Source: Candidatus Latescibacterota bacterium (GTDB lineage: Bacteria > Latescibacterota > UBA2968 > UBA8231). Taken from it: DNA of 64,000 nt. Positions 19,464 to 28,857 of the stretch are shown piece after piece; positions within the stretch are counted from its first letter, which is position 1, and the number at the start of each line of letters is the position of its first letter. The notes below the pieces were generated by a model. That model saw nothing but the letters and a program-made list of their open reading frames with translations. It had not been told where the DNA came from and did no database searches. The DNA lies in the NCBI GenBank assembly GCA_964291625.2, contig OZ220089.1, forward strand, positions 1,248,001 through 1,312,000, written 5' to 3'. The translations under genes and the position numbers were made by a program.

Positions 19464-20258
19464 ATGCCCCTGACTTCAGAACAGAAGACCCATTTCGAGG
19501 AAAACGGGTTCCTGCCCTATCACCGCGTCCTCTCCGACGACGAGCTCGAGGCCCTGCGCCGGCGCAGCGAGGAGATCGTCCGGGGCGAGGCCCCCCACGT
19601 CCCCGCGGAGTACGTGCAGCTGGAAATCGCTTTCCGCAACGGGGAGACCGAGGTCGACCGTCTCGACCAGGTGCGCAAGATGACTCACCTGTGCTACTTC
19701 GATCCCTTGTTCGAGGCGGTGGCCCGCAAGGCGGAGATCGTCGACGTCGTCGAGGAGCTGCTGGGGCCGGACATCAAGCTCTACTGCGACCAGCTGATGA
19801 TGAAGGCCCGCCATCACGGCACGGTCACCGACTGGCACCAGGACTCGGTGGCCTGGCCCCAGTTCGCGCCCCAGGACCACGTCTCGTGCTGGGTCGCCAT
19901 CGACGACGCCACCGTGGCCAACGGCTGCATGACCATGCTGCCGGGGAGCCACAAGTGGGGACCGATCGGGAAGGAGCAGAGAGCCCTTTTCGTGGACAAC
20001 CCCCTGGTCGCCGATCCCGTACCGGTGGAGCTGCCCGCCGGCTCCTGCCTCTTCCACCACGGGCTGAACTTCCACCGCACCGGCGCCAACCCCACCCCCC
20101 ACCGGCGGCGAGGCTTGGCCCTTCACTACCTCAGCTCCGAGACGATGTACCTCGGCATCGAGAACGAGGAGCACCGTCTGAAGATGGAGTGCGGCAAGCG
20201 GCGCGGGGAGTTCCGCTTCATGCTGATCCGGGGCCGCGAGTTCGAGGGGCGCGTCTAG
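19464..20258 (+). CDS. PhyH family dioxygenase
   Basis: WHQD, WVAIDDATVANGCM...PGSH, FHHGLNFHRTGAN...RR. Confidence 0.92.
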   Translation: MPLTSEQKTHFEENGFLPYHRVLSDDELEALRRRSEEIVRGEAPHVPAEYVQLEIAFRNGETEVDRLDQVRKMTHLCYFDPLFEAVARKAEIVDVVEELLGPDIKLYCDQLMMKARHHGTVTDWHQDSVAWPQFAPQDHVSCWVAIDDATVANGCMTMLPGSHKWGPIGKEQRALFVDNPLVADPVPVELPAGSCLFHHGLNFHRTGANPTPHRRRGLALHYLSSETMYLGIENEEHRLKMECGKRRGEFRFMLIRGREFEGRV

Positions 20259-21417
20259 CGGATTCCCAGGGCCTCGTCGATCTCGGCCTGGTACCCCTCC
20301 AGGTCGCCGCGCTCGATCTCGGCCATGGTGACCGGCCGCCGGAACCACTCCGACTCGAAGACGGCCATGCAGATCGCCTGCGAGCGGTAGCCCTCCAGGC
20401 CGTCGACCTCCGGCACCCCCTCGCCCCTCGCCGCGTCGGCGAACTCCTTCAGCTCCGTGGCCACGGAGTTCTCCACGCCGCCGGGGAAGAGCCGCTCCTC
20501 CTCCTCTTCCGACAGGCTCTGCCGGTACTCGGCCACCAACGCCTCGTTGGGCACGTTCTGCCCGTCCCGGGTCCACAGCCCACTCCCCCAGTCGATGCAG
20601 CCCTCGCTGCCGTAGATCGTCCGCCGGCCGAACCCCTGGCCCGGCGCCGAGCCCTGCCAGGTCCACTGCACCACGGCGCCGCCGTCGAAGTCGATCAGGG
20701 CCATGGCGCTGTCCTCCACGTCCCCGGCCAGGCGCCCTCGCGCTCCACCGGTTTGTCGTAGCGGTAGGGCTCGAACTCGCGGACCCGCGCCATCACCTGC
20801 TGCGCCTCGGCGCCCAGGCTGTAGCGGAAGAGGTCGGTGAAGTGGACGCCCCCGTCGAGGAGCCACCCGCCCCCGGCCTCGCGCCGGAAGTTGCGCCAGC
20901 CCCACTTGCCCATCTGCAGTCCCGCCTCGACCCAGTAGAAGGTGCGCGGCCGGCCGATGCGCCCCTCGGCCACCGCCCACGAGCGGGCCCGCTCCCCCGG
21001 GGAGCGGCGGTAGTTCTCGGCCACGGCGAGCTGGCAGCGGCTGTCGACCGCCGCTTCGAGGATCCGGCGGCCGGCGCGCAGGGTGATGGCCAGGGGCTTC
21101 TCGATGCTCACGTGCCTGCCCTCCTCCAGGCAGGGCACGGCGAGGACGTGGTGCTGCGAGTGGGGGGCGCAGATGTCCACCGCGTCGAGCCCGTCGACGC
21201 GCATGAGCATCTCCTCCACGTCCGTGTGGACCGCCGGCTTGCCCCTCTGGAATCCGGCGAGCTCGGCGGCCTTCTGCTGCGCCGCCTCCTCCACCTGATC
21301 GCAGCAGGCGACGACCTCGATGTCGTCGATCCCGGCCTTGCGCAGCTCCTGCAGGCCCTGCACGTGGGCCCCGGCCATGCTGCCGCATCCCACGAGGGCC
21401 AACCGCAACTGTTCCAC
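20255..21417 (-). pseudogene. Gfo/Idh/MocA oxidoreductase split by a 1-bp frameshift (possibly a sequencing error)
   Basis: N-part LALVGCG/IEKPL/AENYR/DGGVH (20695-21417). C-part DVEDSAMALIDFDGG...IYGSEG is in another frame. The shift is at the C-run 20722-20725. Confidence 0.8.
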
Positions 21418-21433
21418 TATATCTCTCTCCGTT

Positions 21434-22588
21434 TCAGGGATCGATGATGTAGCGGGCCACGGCCTCCTCGTCCAGCTCGATGCCCAACCCGGGGCCGTCG
21501 GGGACGCTGGCGAAGCCGTCGGCCACGACTACCGGCGAGCTGGCCAGCTCGGTCATCATCGGGCTCGGGCCGTGGTGCCAGTCCTCCATGCTTCCCCGGG
21601 GGGTGATGGGGTACTCGCACAGGAATCCCCGCGGCATGGCCGCCACGAGGTGGATGCTGGCGGCGAAGTTGACCGCCGTCCCCCAGTTGTGGGGCACCAC
21701 CGGGATGTTCGCCAGTCTCGCCATCTCGGCGATGCGGCGCGCCTCGGTCAGCCCTCCGACCCACGACAGGTCGGGCTGCAGCAGGTCGACGGCGCGGCGC
21801 TCGATCAGGTCCCGGAAGGCGAAGGCGGTCATGTCCGATTCGCCGGCGGCGATGCGCACCTCGGTGCGGGCGGTGAGCTCGGCCATGTTGGCGGCGTGGT
21901 CGGCGCTCGAGAGCGGCTCCTCCCACCAGTAGACGCCGGCGCCCGAGTCCTCGATCATGCGCGCCGTCCGCAGGGCCTCGGCGAGGCTGGCGGGGCGGCC
22001 GAGGTCGAGCATGAGATCGACGTCCTCCCCGGCGCGGGCGCGGATCTCCCGCAGGATGGCCGTGTCCCGCGAGGGGCGGTGGCCGAAGTCGGGCCAGCCC
22101 CAGTACTTGATCGCCCCGTACCCCTGGTGGACGTACTCCTCCGTGGAGGCGTAGGCCCCCTCCGGACTGGAGCTGTCGACCCAGATGCTGCTCACGTAGA
22201 CCTTGACCCGCTCCCGGAAGCGGCCCCCCAGCAGATCGCACAGGGGGACGTTCAGGGTGCGCGCCGCGGCGTCGTGGACGGCCATGTCGATGCCGCTCAT
22301 GGCGTGGACCATCATGCCGCGGCGGTCGTAGAGCCGCTCGCAGGCGTCGTACATGCGCTCCCAGACGACGGCGGTGGCCAGCACCTCCTGGCCGACGGCC
22401 TCCTGCGCCAGGCGGCGGTCGATCAGTTCCTTGGCGGCGAAGACGCCGCTGCCGTCGCTGTCGGGGACGAAGCACTCCCCCAGGCCTTCGACCCCCTCGT
22501 CGGTGCGCACCCGCACCAGCACCCAGCCGCCGTTGGGGTACTCGTAGGACTTCAGGACGTGAGCGCCGACTTCCGTGATTCGGGACAT
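21434..22588 (-). CDS. Mandelate racemase/muconate lactonizing enzyme family
   Basis: GVEGLGE, SGIDMAVHD, LLGG, WWEEP, IAAGES, LQPD, GPGLGIE. Confidence 0.92.
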   Translation of the reverse strand: MSRITEVGAHVLKSYEYPNGGWVLVRVRTDEGVEGLGECFVPDSDGSGVFAAKELIDRRLAQEAVGQEVLATAVVWERMYDACERLYDRRGMMVHAMSGIDMAVHDAAARTLNVPLCDLLGGRFRERVKVYVSSIWVDSSSPEGAYASTEEYVHQGYGAIKYWGWPDFGHRPSRDTAILREIRARAGEDVDLMLDLGRPASLAEALRTARMIEDSGAGVYWWEEPLSSADHAANMAELTARTEVRIAAGESDMTAFAFRDLIERRAVDLLQPDLSWVGGLTEARRIAEMARLANIPVVPHNWGTAVNFAASIHLVAAMPRGFLCEYPITPRGSMEDWHHGPSPMMTELASSPVVVADGFASVPDGPGLGIELDEEAVARYIIDP

Positions 22589-22661
22589 CCATTCCTCCGA
22601 TTGACAGCGGTCCGGCCCCCGGTCCACCTTCACGGCCCCGCCAACCAACCTGGAGGCCGCC

Positions 22662-22958
22662 ATGCCGGAACGAACCGTCTCCGACGACGTCGGGTCGAAG
22701 CTGCTCTTCGAGAACGATCGCGTGCGTGTCTGGGACCTGCGCCTCGAGCCGGGCCAGAGCACCGGTCTCCACCGCCACACCAGGGACTACCTCTACGTCG
22801 TGATCGGCGGCGGCGCCCTGAGAGGGTCCGACGGCGAGCCCAGGGAGATGGCCGACGGCCACGTCGTCTTCCGGGAGATCCCGGGAGAGGATGTCCACGA
22901 GGCCGTCAACGCCGGGGACGAGCCCTGGCGGAACATCATCGTCGAGCTGAAGGACTGA
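22662..22958 (+). CDS. Cupin domain protein
   Basis: FENDRVRVW, HRH, HEAVN, IVELK. Confidence 0.85.
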   Translation: MPERTVSDDVGSKLLFENDRVRVWDLRLEPGQSTGLHRHTRDYLYVVIGGGALRGSDGEPREMADGHVVFREIPGEDVHEAVNAGDEPWRNIIVELKD

Positions 22959-23240
22959 CCGGCGCCGCTCCCTCCGGCGGGAAAGATAGTCGGCCGGCGG
23001 AGGATGCCGCCACCTGGCTCAGCCGCCCGGGTAACCGTTCACCTTGTGACCGGGAAAGCCCCCGCCGCCGTCCGGAAGTGTGTACACATCCAGGCGACAG
23101 CCGCTGGTCTTCAGGTGGTTGGGTCGGCCGAGTCAGCGAAGGTCTCGAGGTCTCATCCTCTCAGTCGGTTGAGTGGGTGGGTTGGTTCCTCCTTCACGGG
23201 GGGGTTGCTCGGCCGGCATCGGCCATTCCGTGAGATCTGA

Positions 23241-23285
23241 TTGACCAGCCATGCCCCGGGGTATATACTCAGGTATATACCCCGG
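23241..23285 (+). promoter_or_regulatory. vapBC sigma70 promoter overlapped by a palindromic operator
   Basis: TTGACC(23241)-N17-TATACT(23264). Perfect 13-bp inverted repeat CCGGGGTATATAC-tcag-GTATATACCCCGG (23256-23285). Confidence 0.85.
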
Positions 23286-23322
23286 TTTCTGTACCAGCCA
23301 TCATGCTGCAGGAGGTACACCC

Positions 23323-23550
23323 ATGCAGACAGCGAAGCTGTTCAACAACGGCCGCAGCCAGGCCGTGAGACTCCCGAAGGAGTTTCGCTTCAGCGGAGGT
23401 GATGTCTATATCAAGAAGTACCAGGGCATCGTCATGCTCTTGCCCAGGGACTCCCCCTGGACCTCGCTCGTGGACAGCCTGGACCGCTTTTCCAGTGATT
23501 TCATGGACGAGAGGAACCAGCCCGACCAGCAGCAGAGAGCATCCCTGTGA
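23323..23550 (+). CDS. vapB: VapB/VagC AbrB-type antitoxin
   Basis: MQTAKLFNNGRSQAVRLPKEFRF; RBS AGGAGG. Confidence 0.93.
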   Translation: MQTAKLFNNGRSQAVRLPKEFRFSGGDVYIKKYQGIVMLLPRDSPWTSLVDSLDRFSSDFMDERNQPDQQQRASL

Positions 23551-23951
23551 TCGATTTCCTGCTCGACACCGACACCTGCATCTACCTCATCAAGAGACAA
23601 CCGCCGCAAGCTTTGGCGAGACTACAAGCCTTGGATGTCTCGCAAGTCGGAATCTCCACGATCACGCTCAGCGAATTGGAGTACGGAGTTTCGAGGAGTT
23701 CGAAACCAGAGCACAACAAGCTGGCTCTGGCCGAATTCGCCGCTCCCCTGGAGATCATCCCGTACGGCGACGCGGCAGCAGCACATTACGGCCGCATCAG
23801 AACCTTTCTTGAGCGCCAAGGTACCCCGATTGGCCCGCTGGACACCCTGATCGCAGCACACGCATTGGCCCTCGCCTGTACCCTCGTGACGAACAACGAC
23901 AGGGAGTTTTCTCGCATTCCCAGCCTCGTGGTCGAGAACTGGACCTGTTGA
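23547..23951 (+). CDS. vapC: VapC PIN-domain toxin
   Basis: LLDTDTCIY, ELEYG, IGPLDTLIAAHA, LVTNN..EF; GTGA overlap with vapB. Confidence 0.93.
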   Translation: MIDFLLDTDTCIYLIKRQPPQALARLQALDVSQVGISTITLSELEYGVSRSSKPEHNKLALAEFAAPLEIIPYGDAAAAHYGRIRTFLERQGTPIGPLDTLIAAHALALACTLVTNNDREFSRIPSLVVENWTC

Positions 23952-24126
23952 TGCGCACTCTTGACCACCCCCGGCAGGTCGCGCTGGTAGTCCGCACCCC
24001 GAGTCGAGCGCGAAGGGGGAGTCCTCCCGGCCGCTTGAACGGGCGGGGTCACTGGGAGATTCCAGACCGCAGTTTGCCGCTCAGGTTCTCGCTGGATTGC
24101 AGCAAGATGGCCGGTGTGTAGCCTGC

Positions 24127-24990
24127 CTACAGGATCCCCCGGTCCCGCGACCGCCCGTCCCTCACCAGCCGGCCGCTGTGGAGCACCCCCCGCATGCAGC
24201 GGTCCCGCCAGTCGGCGGAGGCGTCGTAGAGCTTCTTCGCCGTGTCGATCTCGGTGATCAGCACCGCGGGCCGGTGGGACGGCGCCTTGTTGACGATCAG
24301 GCCCTCGGCGTTGACGACGAAGCTCGGCCAGGCGTAGCGGCGGGTGCCGTTGTTGGCGCTCACGGCGTAGTAGTTGCTGGCCGCCGCGGCCTGCAGGGTG
24401 GCCGGCACGGTGACCCGGTACTTGTCGCGGGCCTCCTTGGGGCCGCCGGCGTTGTGGAAGGAGACCAGCATCAGGTCGACGCCCTGCCGCTTGTACTCGC
24501 GGAACAGCTCGGGATAGCGGAAGTCGTGGCAGATCAGCAGCCCGCAGGTGAGGCCCCGCGCCCGGAAGGTGATCAGCGCCTCGCCGGGGCTGTAGTTGGC
24601 GAGGTCCCCGTCCTTCCCGCCGGCGCCGCCGGTGCAGAACATCTTGTCGTAGCGCGTGACGATCCGCCCCCGGGTGTCGATGACGTAGAGGGAGTTGTGG
24701 GGCTTGTGTCTCCCCGAGAGGCGGTGGTTGCAGCCGACGACGACCCAGACCCGGTGCCGCCGGGCCGCGGCCATCACCCCTTCCATGGCCGCCGTGATCC
24801 GCTCCCAGTCGGCGGCGTCGTGGGCGGTCACCTCGACACCGAGATAGGCGGAGATGCAGGCCTCGGAGAAGTGCACGAGGTGGGCGCCCCGGGCCCGGGC
24901 GGAGGCGATCTGACGGGCCGCGAACCTCAGGTTGCGGCGGGGGTCCTCGTCGACGGGGAACTGGCAGGTCGCCAGGACGAGCTTGGCCAA
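24127..24990 (-). CDS. Carbon-nitrogen hydrolase (nitrilase family)
   Basis: E-K-C triad: FSE, YDK, LICHDFRYPEL. Confidence 0.9.
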   Translation of the reverse strand: MAKLVLATCQFPVDEDPRRNLRFAARQIASARARGAHLVHFSEACISAYLGVEVTAHDAADWERITAAMEGVMAAARRHRVWVVVGCNHRLSGRHKPHNSLYVIDTRGRIVTRYDKMFCTGGAGGKDGDLANYSPGEALITFRARGLTCGLLICHDFRYPELFREYKRQGVDLMLVSFHNAGGPKEARDKYRVTVPATLQAAAASNYYAVSANNGTRRYAWPSFVVNAEGLIVNKAPSHRPAVLITEIDTAKKLYDASADWRDRCMRGVLHSGRLVRDGRSRDRGIL

Positions 24991-25079
24991 GGGAGCCTCC
25001 TCCGGGTCGGTCGGTGCGCGGGTTGAGAATTGCCGTATTATAGGCTGTGGCGCCCGCCCGGGCGGCTGCCGCTCCCTCC

Positions 25080-25358
25080 ATGCCGAGAGTCGAGATCTAC
25101 CTGAGCCCGTTCTGCGCCTTCTGCTGGAAGGCGCGGCTCATGCTGCGGCGCGAGGGGATCCGCTACCGGAAGATCCCCATCCGCTTCTACTTCGGGATCA
25201 AGCTGCCCACGGCCCGCTTCAGGGAGATGGTGCGGCGCACCGGCGGGGACTCCACCATCCCCCAGATCTTCGTCGACGGCGAGTACCTGGGCACCGAGGA
25301 AACCCTCGAGGAGCTGCAGCGCCGCGGCGAGCTGAAGAGACGCCTCGGAGACGGCTGA
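25080..25358 (+). CDS. Glutaredoxin
   Basis: CAFC, TIPQIFVDGEYLG. Confidence 0.85.
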   Translation: MPRVEIYLSPFCAFCWKARLMLRREGIRYRKIPIRFYFGIKLPTARFREMVRRTGGDSTIPQIFVDGEYLGTEETLEELQRRGELKRRLGDG

Positions 25359-25376
25359 AACAAGGACGAACTCACG

Positions 25377-26756
25377 ATGTCGATATCAAGGCGGCTGGAA
25401 TCCTGCTCTCTCGAACGCATCACCCGCATGAAGGAGGTGGTGGAGCAGGAGATCGGCCGCATCGACGGCCAGGTGGCCGAGGTCGAAGCCGAGCTGGACG
25501 AGATGACCGCCAAGGCGGACACGGTCAGCCTGAGCATGAGGCACGGCCAGTACGAGCTGGGCCTGGACAAGGCCGAAGCCCAGGTCGGCAAGCTGAACGC
25601 CGCCCGGGAGAAGCTGCAGGACAAGCTCCGGCTCATCGAGCAGGCCAGACAGAAGCGGCATCTCTTCGACGAGCAGGCCCGGGTGCTGGGCGGCACCGCC
25701 CGAGTGAGGATCAAGGACCTGCTGATCTTCTTCCTCATCCTGGGCCTGGTGACCATCCTCGTCGTCGACCTGATGGGCATCGGGGCCACGGGAGGAGGCG
25801 CCCTGGCCAGCGCGGAAGTGGTGGAGGGAAGCATCGATCGGATCACCATTCTGGAGGGCGGTGAAGGCTACGAGCGGGTGATCCTCCACATAGCCGACGC
25901 CCACGGCTCGGGCGGCCTCGCCATTGGGGAGGTCACCGGAGGCAAGCTGACGCAGGTGGACATCATCCACCGCGGCGAGAGCTACGTCGACCCCGTGGTG
26001 GAGGTCCTCCCCCATTTCTCCGTGGCCAAGCTGTGGATCTTCTGGATCATCGACGTCATCTGCTGTGCCCTGTTCATGGCCAACTTCATCTTCGAGCACA
26101 AGCTGGCCGCCTCCAAGAAGTGGTACTGGAAGAACAACTGGATCGACTTCATCACCTCCATCCCCCTGCCCCCGTTCCAGATCATCGCAGCCGCCGGCGG
26201 CGACTTCGGCGTCATCCGCCTGGGGCGCCTGCTCCGGGCGGTGCGCATCCTGCGGGCCCTGCGGTTGTTCCGCATCGCCCTGTTCTTCTGGCGGGGGATG
26301 GACCACCTGAGCACAACCCTCGACGTGAGGCTACTCAAGCGGTCGCTGCTCTACGGCCTGCTCTCCCTCGTCTTCGGCGCCATCATCTTCATGGGCGTGG
26401 AGCGCATGGAGTCCGGCTCGGGCTTCGGGCCGAGCCTCTGGTGGAGCTTCACGACGCTGGTCACCGGGGGCTACCCCGACATCCACAACCCCGAGACCGC
26501 CCCCGGAAAGATCCTCACCGTCTTCCTGGTGATCACCGGCATGGTGCTGGTGGGTGTCTTCACCGCCACCCTGACCAGCATCCTCGTGAGCGACGAGGAC
26601 TCGCTGAAGGCCGAGGAGCTGGAGGAGCAGGTGGGGATCGTCACCAAGATCCAGCAGGAGATCCAGGACACCAACGAGCGCCTGGCTCGACTGGAGGGCG
26701 CCGTCCGCGACATCGGCGACTCGGTCAGGGGGCGGGGAAACGACTCCGGGACGTAG
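25377..26756 (+). CDS. Voltage-gated K+-channel-like ion transporter with atypical filter
   Basis: NWIDFITSIP, S4 RLGRLLRAVRILRALRLFR, pore WWSFTTLVTGGYPDIHNP; N- and C-terminal coiled-coil-like stretches. Confidence 0.85.
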   Translation: MSISRRLESCSLERITRMKEVVEQEIGRIDGQVAEVEAELDEMTAKADTVSLSMRHGQYELGLDKAEAQVGKLNAAREKLQDKLRLIEQARQKRHLFDEQARVLGGTARVRIKDLLIFFLILGLVTILVVDLMGIGATGGGALASAEVVEGSIDRITILEGGEGYERVILHIADAHGSGGLAIGEVTGGKLTQVDIIHRGESYVDPVVEVLPHFSVAKLWIFWIIDVICCALFMANFIFEHKLAASKKWYWKNNWIDFITSIPLPPFQIIAAAGGDFGVIRLGRLLRAVRILRALRLFRIALFFWRGMDHLSTTLDVRLLKRSLLYGLLSLVFGAIIFMGVERMESGSGFGPSLWWSFTTLVTGGYPDIHNPETAPGKILTVFLVITGMVLVGVFTATLTSILVSDEDSLKAEELEEQVGIVTKIQQEIQDTNERLARLEGAVRDIGDSVRGRGNDSGT

Positions 26757-26923
26757 AGGCAGTGCGCGATGAGGCCCCGCGGATCGAGCGCGAGGTCCAC
26801 GACATCCGACTCCGGCCCATACAGGCTGTGCGCCCCTGCGCGCAAGGCCGGGGGCCGCACAGCGCCTGCCCGGCGCGGGGCCGGCTCACCCGCCCGGATG
26901 GAGGCGCGGAACCCGGGGTCGGC

Positions 26924-27709
26924 TCACCCCCAGCGGTACTCCGGCGGATCGAAGACGAAGCCGTGGAAGAACCGGCGCTGCGCCGGCGACAGCCCCTGCA
27001 GGAAGTCGCGGCCGTAGCGCCACTGCTCGGCGCAGGCCAGCATCCACGGGTGCTCGTACCCGTAGTAGAGCATCACCCGCTTTCCCCCGGGGCGGGTGAA
27101 GGGGCCGGCCGAGTGCCACAGGGCGTTGTGGAAGAGCACCGCCGTCCCCGGCCCGCCGCATACCTGCACCGCCCCCGGCAGCGCACCCTCCGCCTCCGGC
27201 TCCAGCAGCGCCTTGTGACTCCCCGGGACCACGGTCAGGTTGCCCTGGTCGGGGGCGCTCATGTCGCTCAGGTAGTAGCCGACCTTGAACTGCAGCAGCG
27301 GGATGTGGGGCTTGAGGTTGCGGAAGCCGTCCTGGATCCCGTCGATGTGCCAGCCCCGCCCGTGGTGCTCGCCGGGCTCGACCTCGTAGAAGGCGTCGGT
27401 CGAGTGCAGGTGCGGCATCTCGTTGAAGAGGCCGTGGACGTAGGACATCATCGGTCCGTGGTCGAGCATCTCCAGAAAGAGCGGGTCCTCGTCGAGCAGG
27501 TGCATGACCCGCGCGTTGGGCCCGTCGAGCCGGTCGGCGAAGGCCGGATCGTGCTCCCGCCGGAACCCCGGCGAGCGCCGGCGCTCGATGGTCCGCTCCA
27601 GGGCCGCGAAGAGGGCCTCGACCCGGTCCGGGGCGAGGAACTCCTCCAGCACGAGGTAGCCGTCGACATCGAAGGAGAAGCGCTCGGCGGCGGTGGGATG
27701 ATCGGTCAT
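26924..27709 (-). CDS. PhyH family dioxygenase
   Basis: FDVDGYLVL, WHIDG, GNLTVVPGSH, FHNALWHS. Confidence 0.88.
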   Translation of the reverse strand: MTDHPTAAERFSFDVDGYLVLEEFLAPDRVEALFAALERTIERRRSPGFRREHDPAFADRLDGPNARVMHLLDEDPLFLEMLDHGPMMSYVHGLFNEMPHLHSTDAFYEVEPGEHHGRGWHIDGIQDGFRNLKPHIPLLQFKVGYYLSDMSAPDQGNLTVVPGSHKALLEPEAEGALPGAVQVCGGPGTAVLFHNALWHSAGPFTRPGGKRVMLYYGYEHPWMLACAEQWRYGRDFLQGLSPAQRRFFHGFVFDPPEYRWG

Positions 27710-27992
27710 GGGGGCAGCGGTTCCTTGCGCGGGACACCCGTGGGGTTCTCTTCCCCGGGCCGGCAATATAGGCGGGAGCGGGCGCAGGCAGGGCGCCGCC
27801 CCCTGTCGCTGAGGATCCGGCCAGGACCGGCGCGGCGCTCGGGGGGGCTTCCGCCTCCCGGCCTCCGAGTCCGCCAAGCCGCCCACCTGGCAGAGATAGA
27901 GACCGGGGGGCGCCAGGCCCGACACCGGTTGGCCGCGGCATGCCCCCCCTCTATCTTGCCGATCCTCGCAAACGCCACCGGAGAGACCTCCG

Positions 27993-28808
27993 ATGCTGAC
28001 GCAAGAACAACTGCAGCACTTCGACGTCTTCGGCTTCCTCTGCCTGCGCCAGATCTTCTCCCCGGAGGAGATGCAGGAGATCACCGAGGCCGCCGACCAG
28101 CTGTGGCTCGAGGACCGTGGCGGAGAGCCCGACGACGGGCGGCCCCAGAGCCTGGGGAAGTTCGCCGAGCACAGCCCCCGGCTCCTGGACCTGGCGGAGG
28201 ACGACCGCATCTTCGGCGTCGCCTCCGACCTGCTGGGCCCCGGCTTCCTGTGGTCGGGATCGGAGGGCAACAAGGACGGAGCCGACGACGGGGAGCACAA
28301 CTGGCACGCCGACCGCCCCGGGGCCGCCGAGACCGAGTACCGTCGGCTCAAGATGATGGTCTACCTGGCGCCCACCACCCGGGACCGGGGCGCGCTGCGG
28401 GTGATCCCCGGCTCCCACCGCATGCCCTTCCACGAGTGGCTGTGGCCCCTGCAGGCCAACCACTTCAAGGACGGCACCGTGGGCGACAGCTTCGGCCTGG
28501 ACGGGGGCGAGGAGGTCCCCTGCTGCCCCCTGGAGACGATGCCCGGCGACGTGGTCTACTTCCACCACAGCCTCTTCCACTCCGCCTACGGCAAGTTCCC
28601 CGAGCGCCGCTACGTCGCCTTCAAGTTCGTCACCCCGCCCGACACCGAGGCCAAGCTGCGCTCGATGAAGCACTACGCGGGCCACGCCTTCGACGTCGAC
28701 CCCGCCCTCCTGGCCCGGCCGCGCCTGCGGACGATCACGGAAGGCCTGCTGGAGCTGGGAGAGAAGGCGGCGGCTCTCACCGACGGCGAGGGCTCCCAAG
28801 ATCGATGA
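27993..28808 (+). CDS. PhyH family dioxygenase
   Basis: FDVFGFL, WHAD, GALRVIPGSH, PGDVVYFHHSLFHS. Confidence 0.9.
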   Translation: MLTQEQLQHFDVFGFLCLRQIFSPEEMQEITEAADQLWLEDRGGEPDDGRPQSLGKFAEHSPRLLDLAEDDRIFGVASDLLGPGFLWSGSEGNKDGADDGEHNWHADRPGAAETEYRRLKMMVYLAPTTRDRGALRVIPGSHRMPFHEWLWPLQANHFKDGTVGDSFGLDGGEEVPCCPLETMPGDVVYFHHSLFHSAYGKFPERRYVAFKFVTPPDTEAKLRSMKHYAGHAFDVDPALLARPRLRTITEGLLELGEKAAALTDGEGSQDR

Positions 28809-28857
28809 CGGGGCCGCGGCATCCGGCGGGCGCTGGCAGGCCGACACGCTTCCGGGA

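Noticed and set aside
23065-23240. Possible IS end or structured RNA upstream of vapBC
   Set aside because: No partner inverted repeat, transposase motif or recognisable RNA family.
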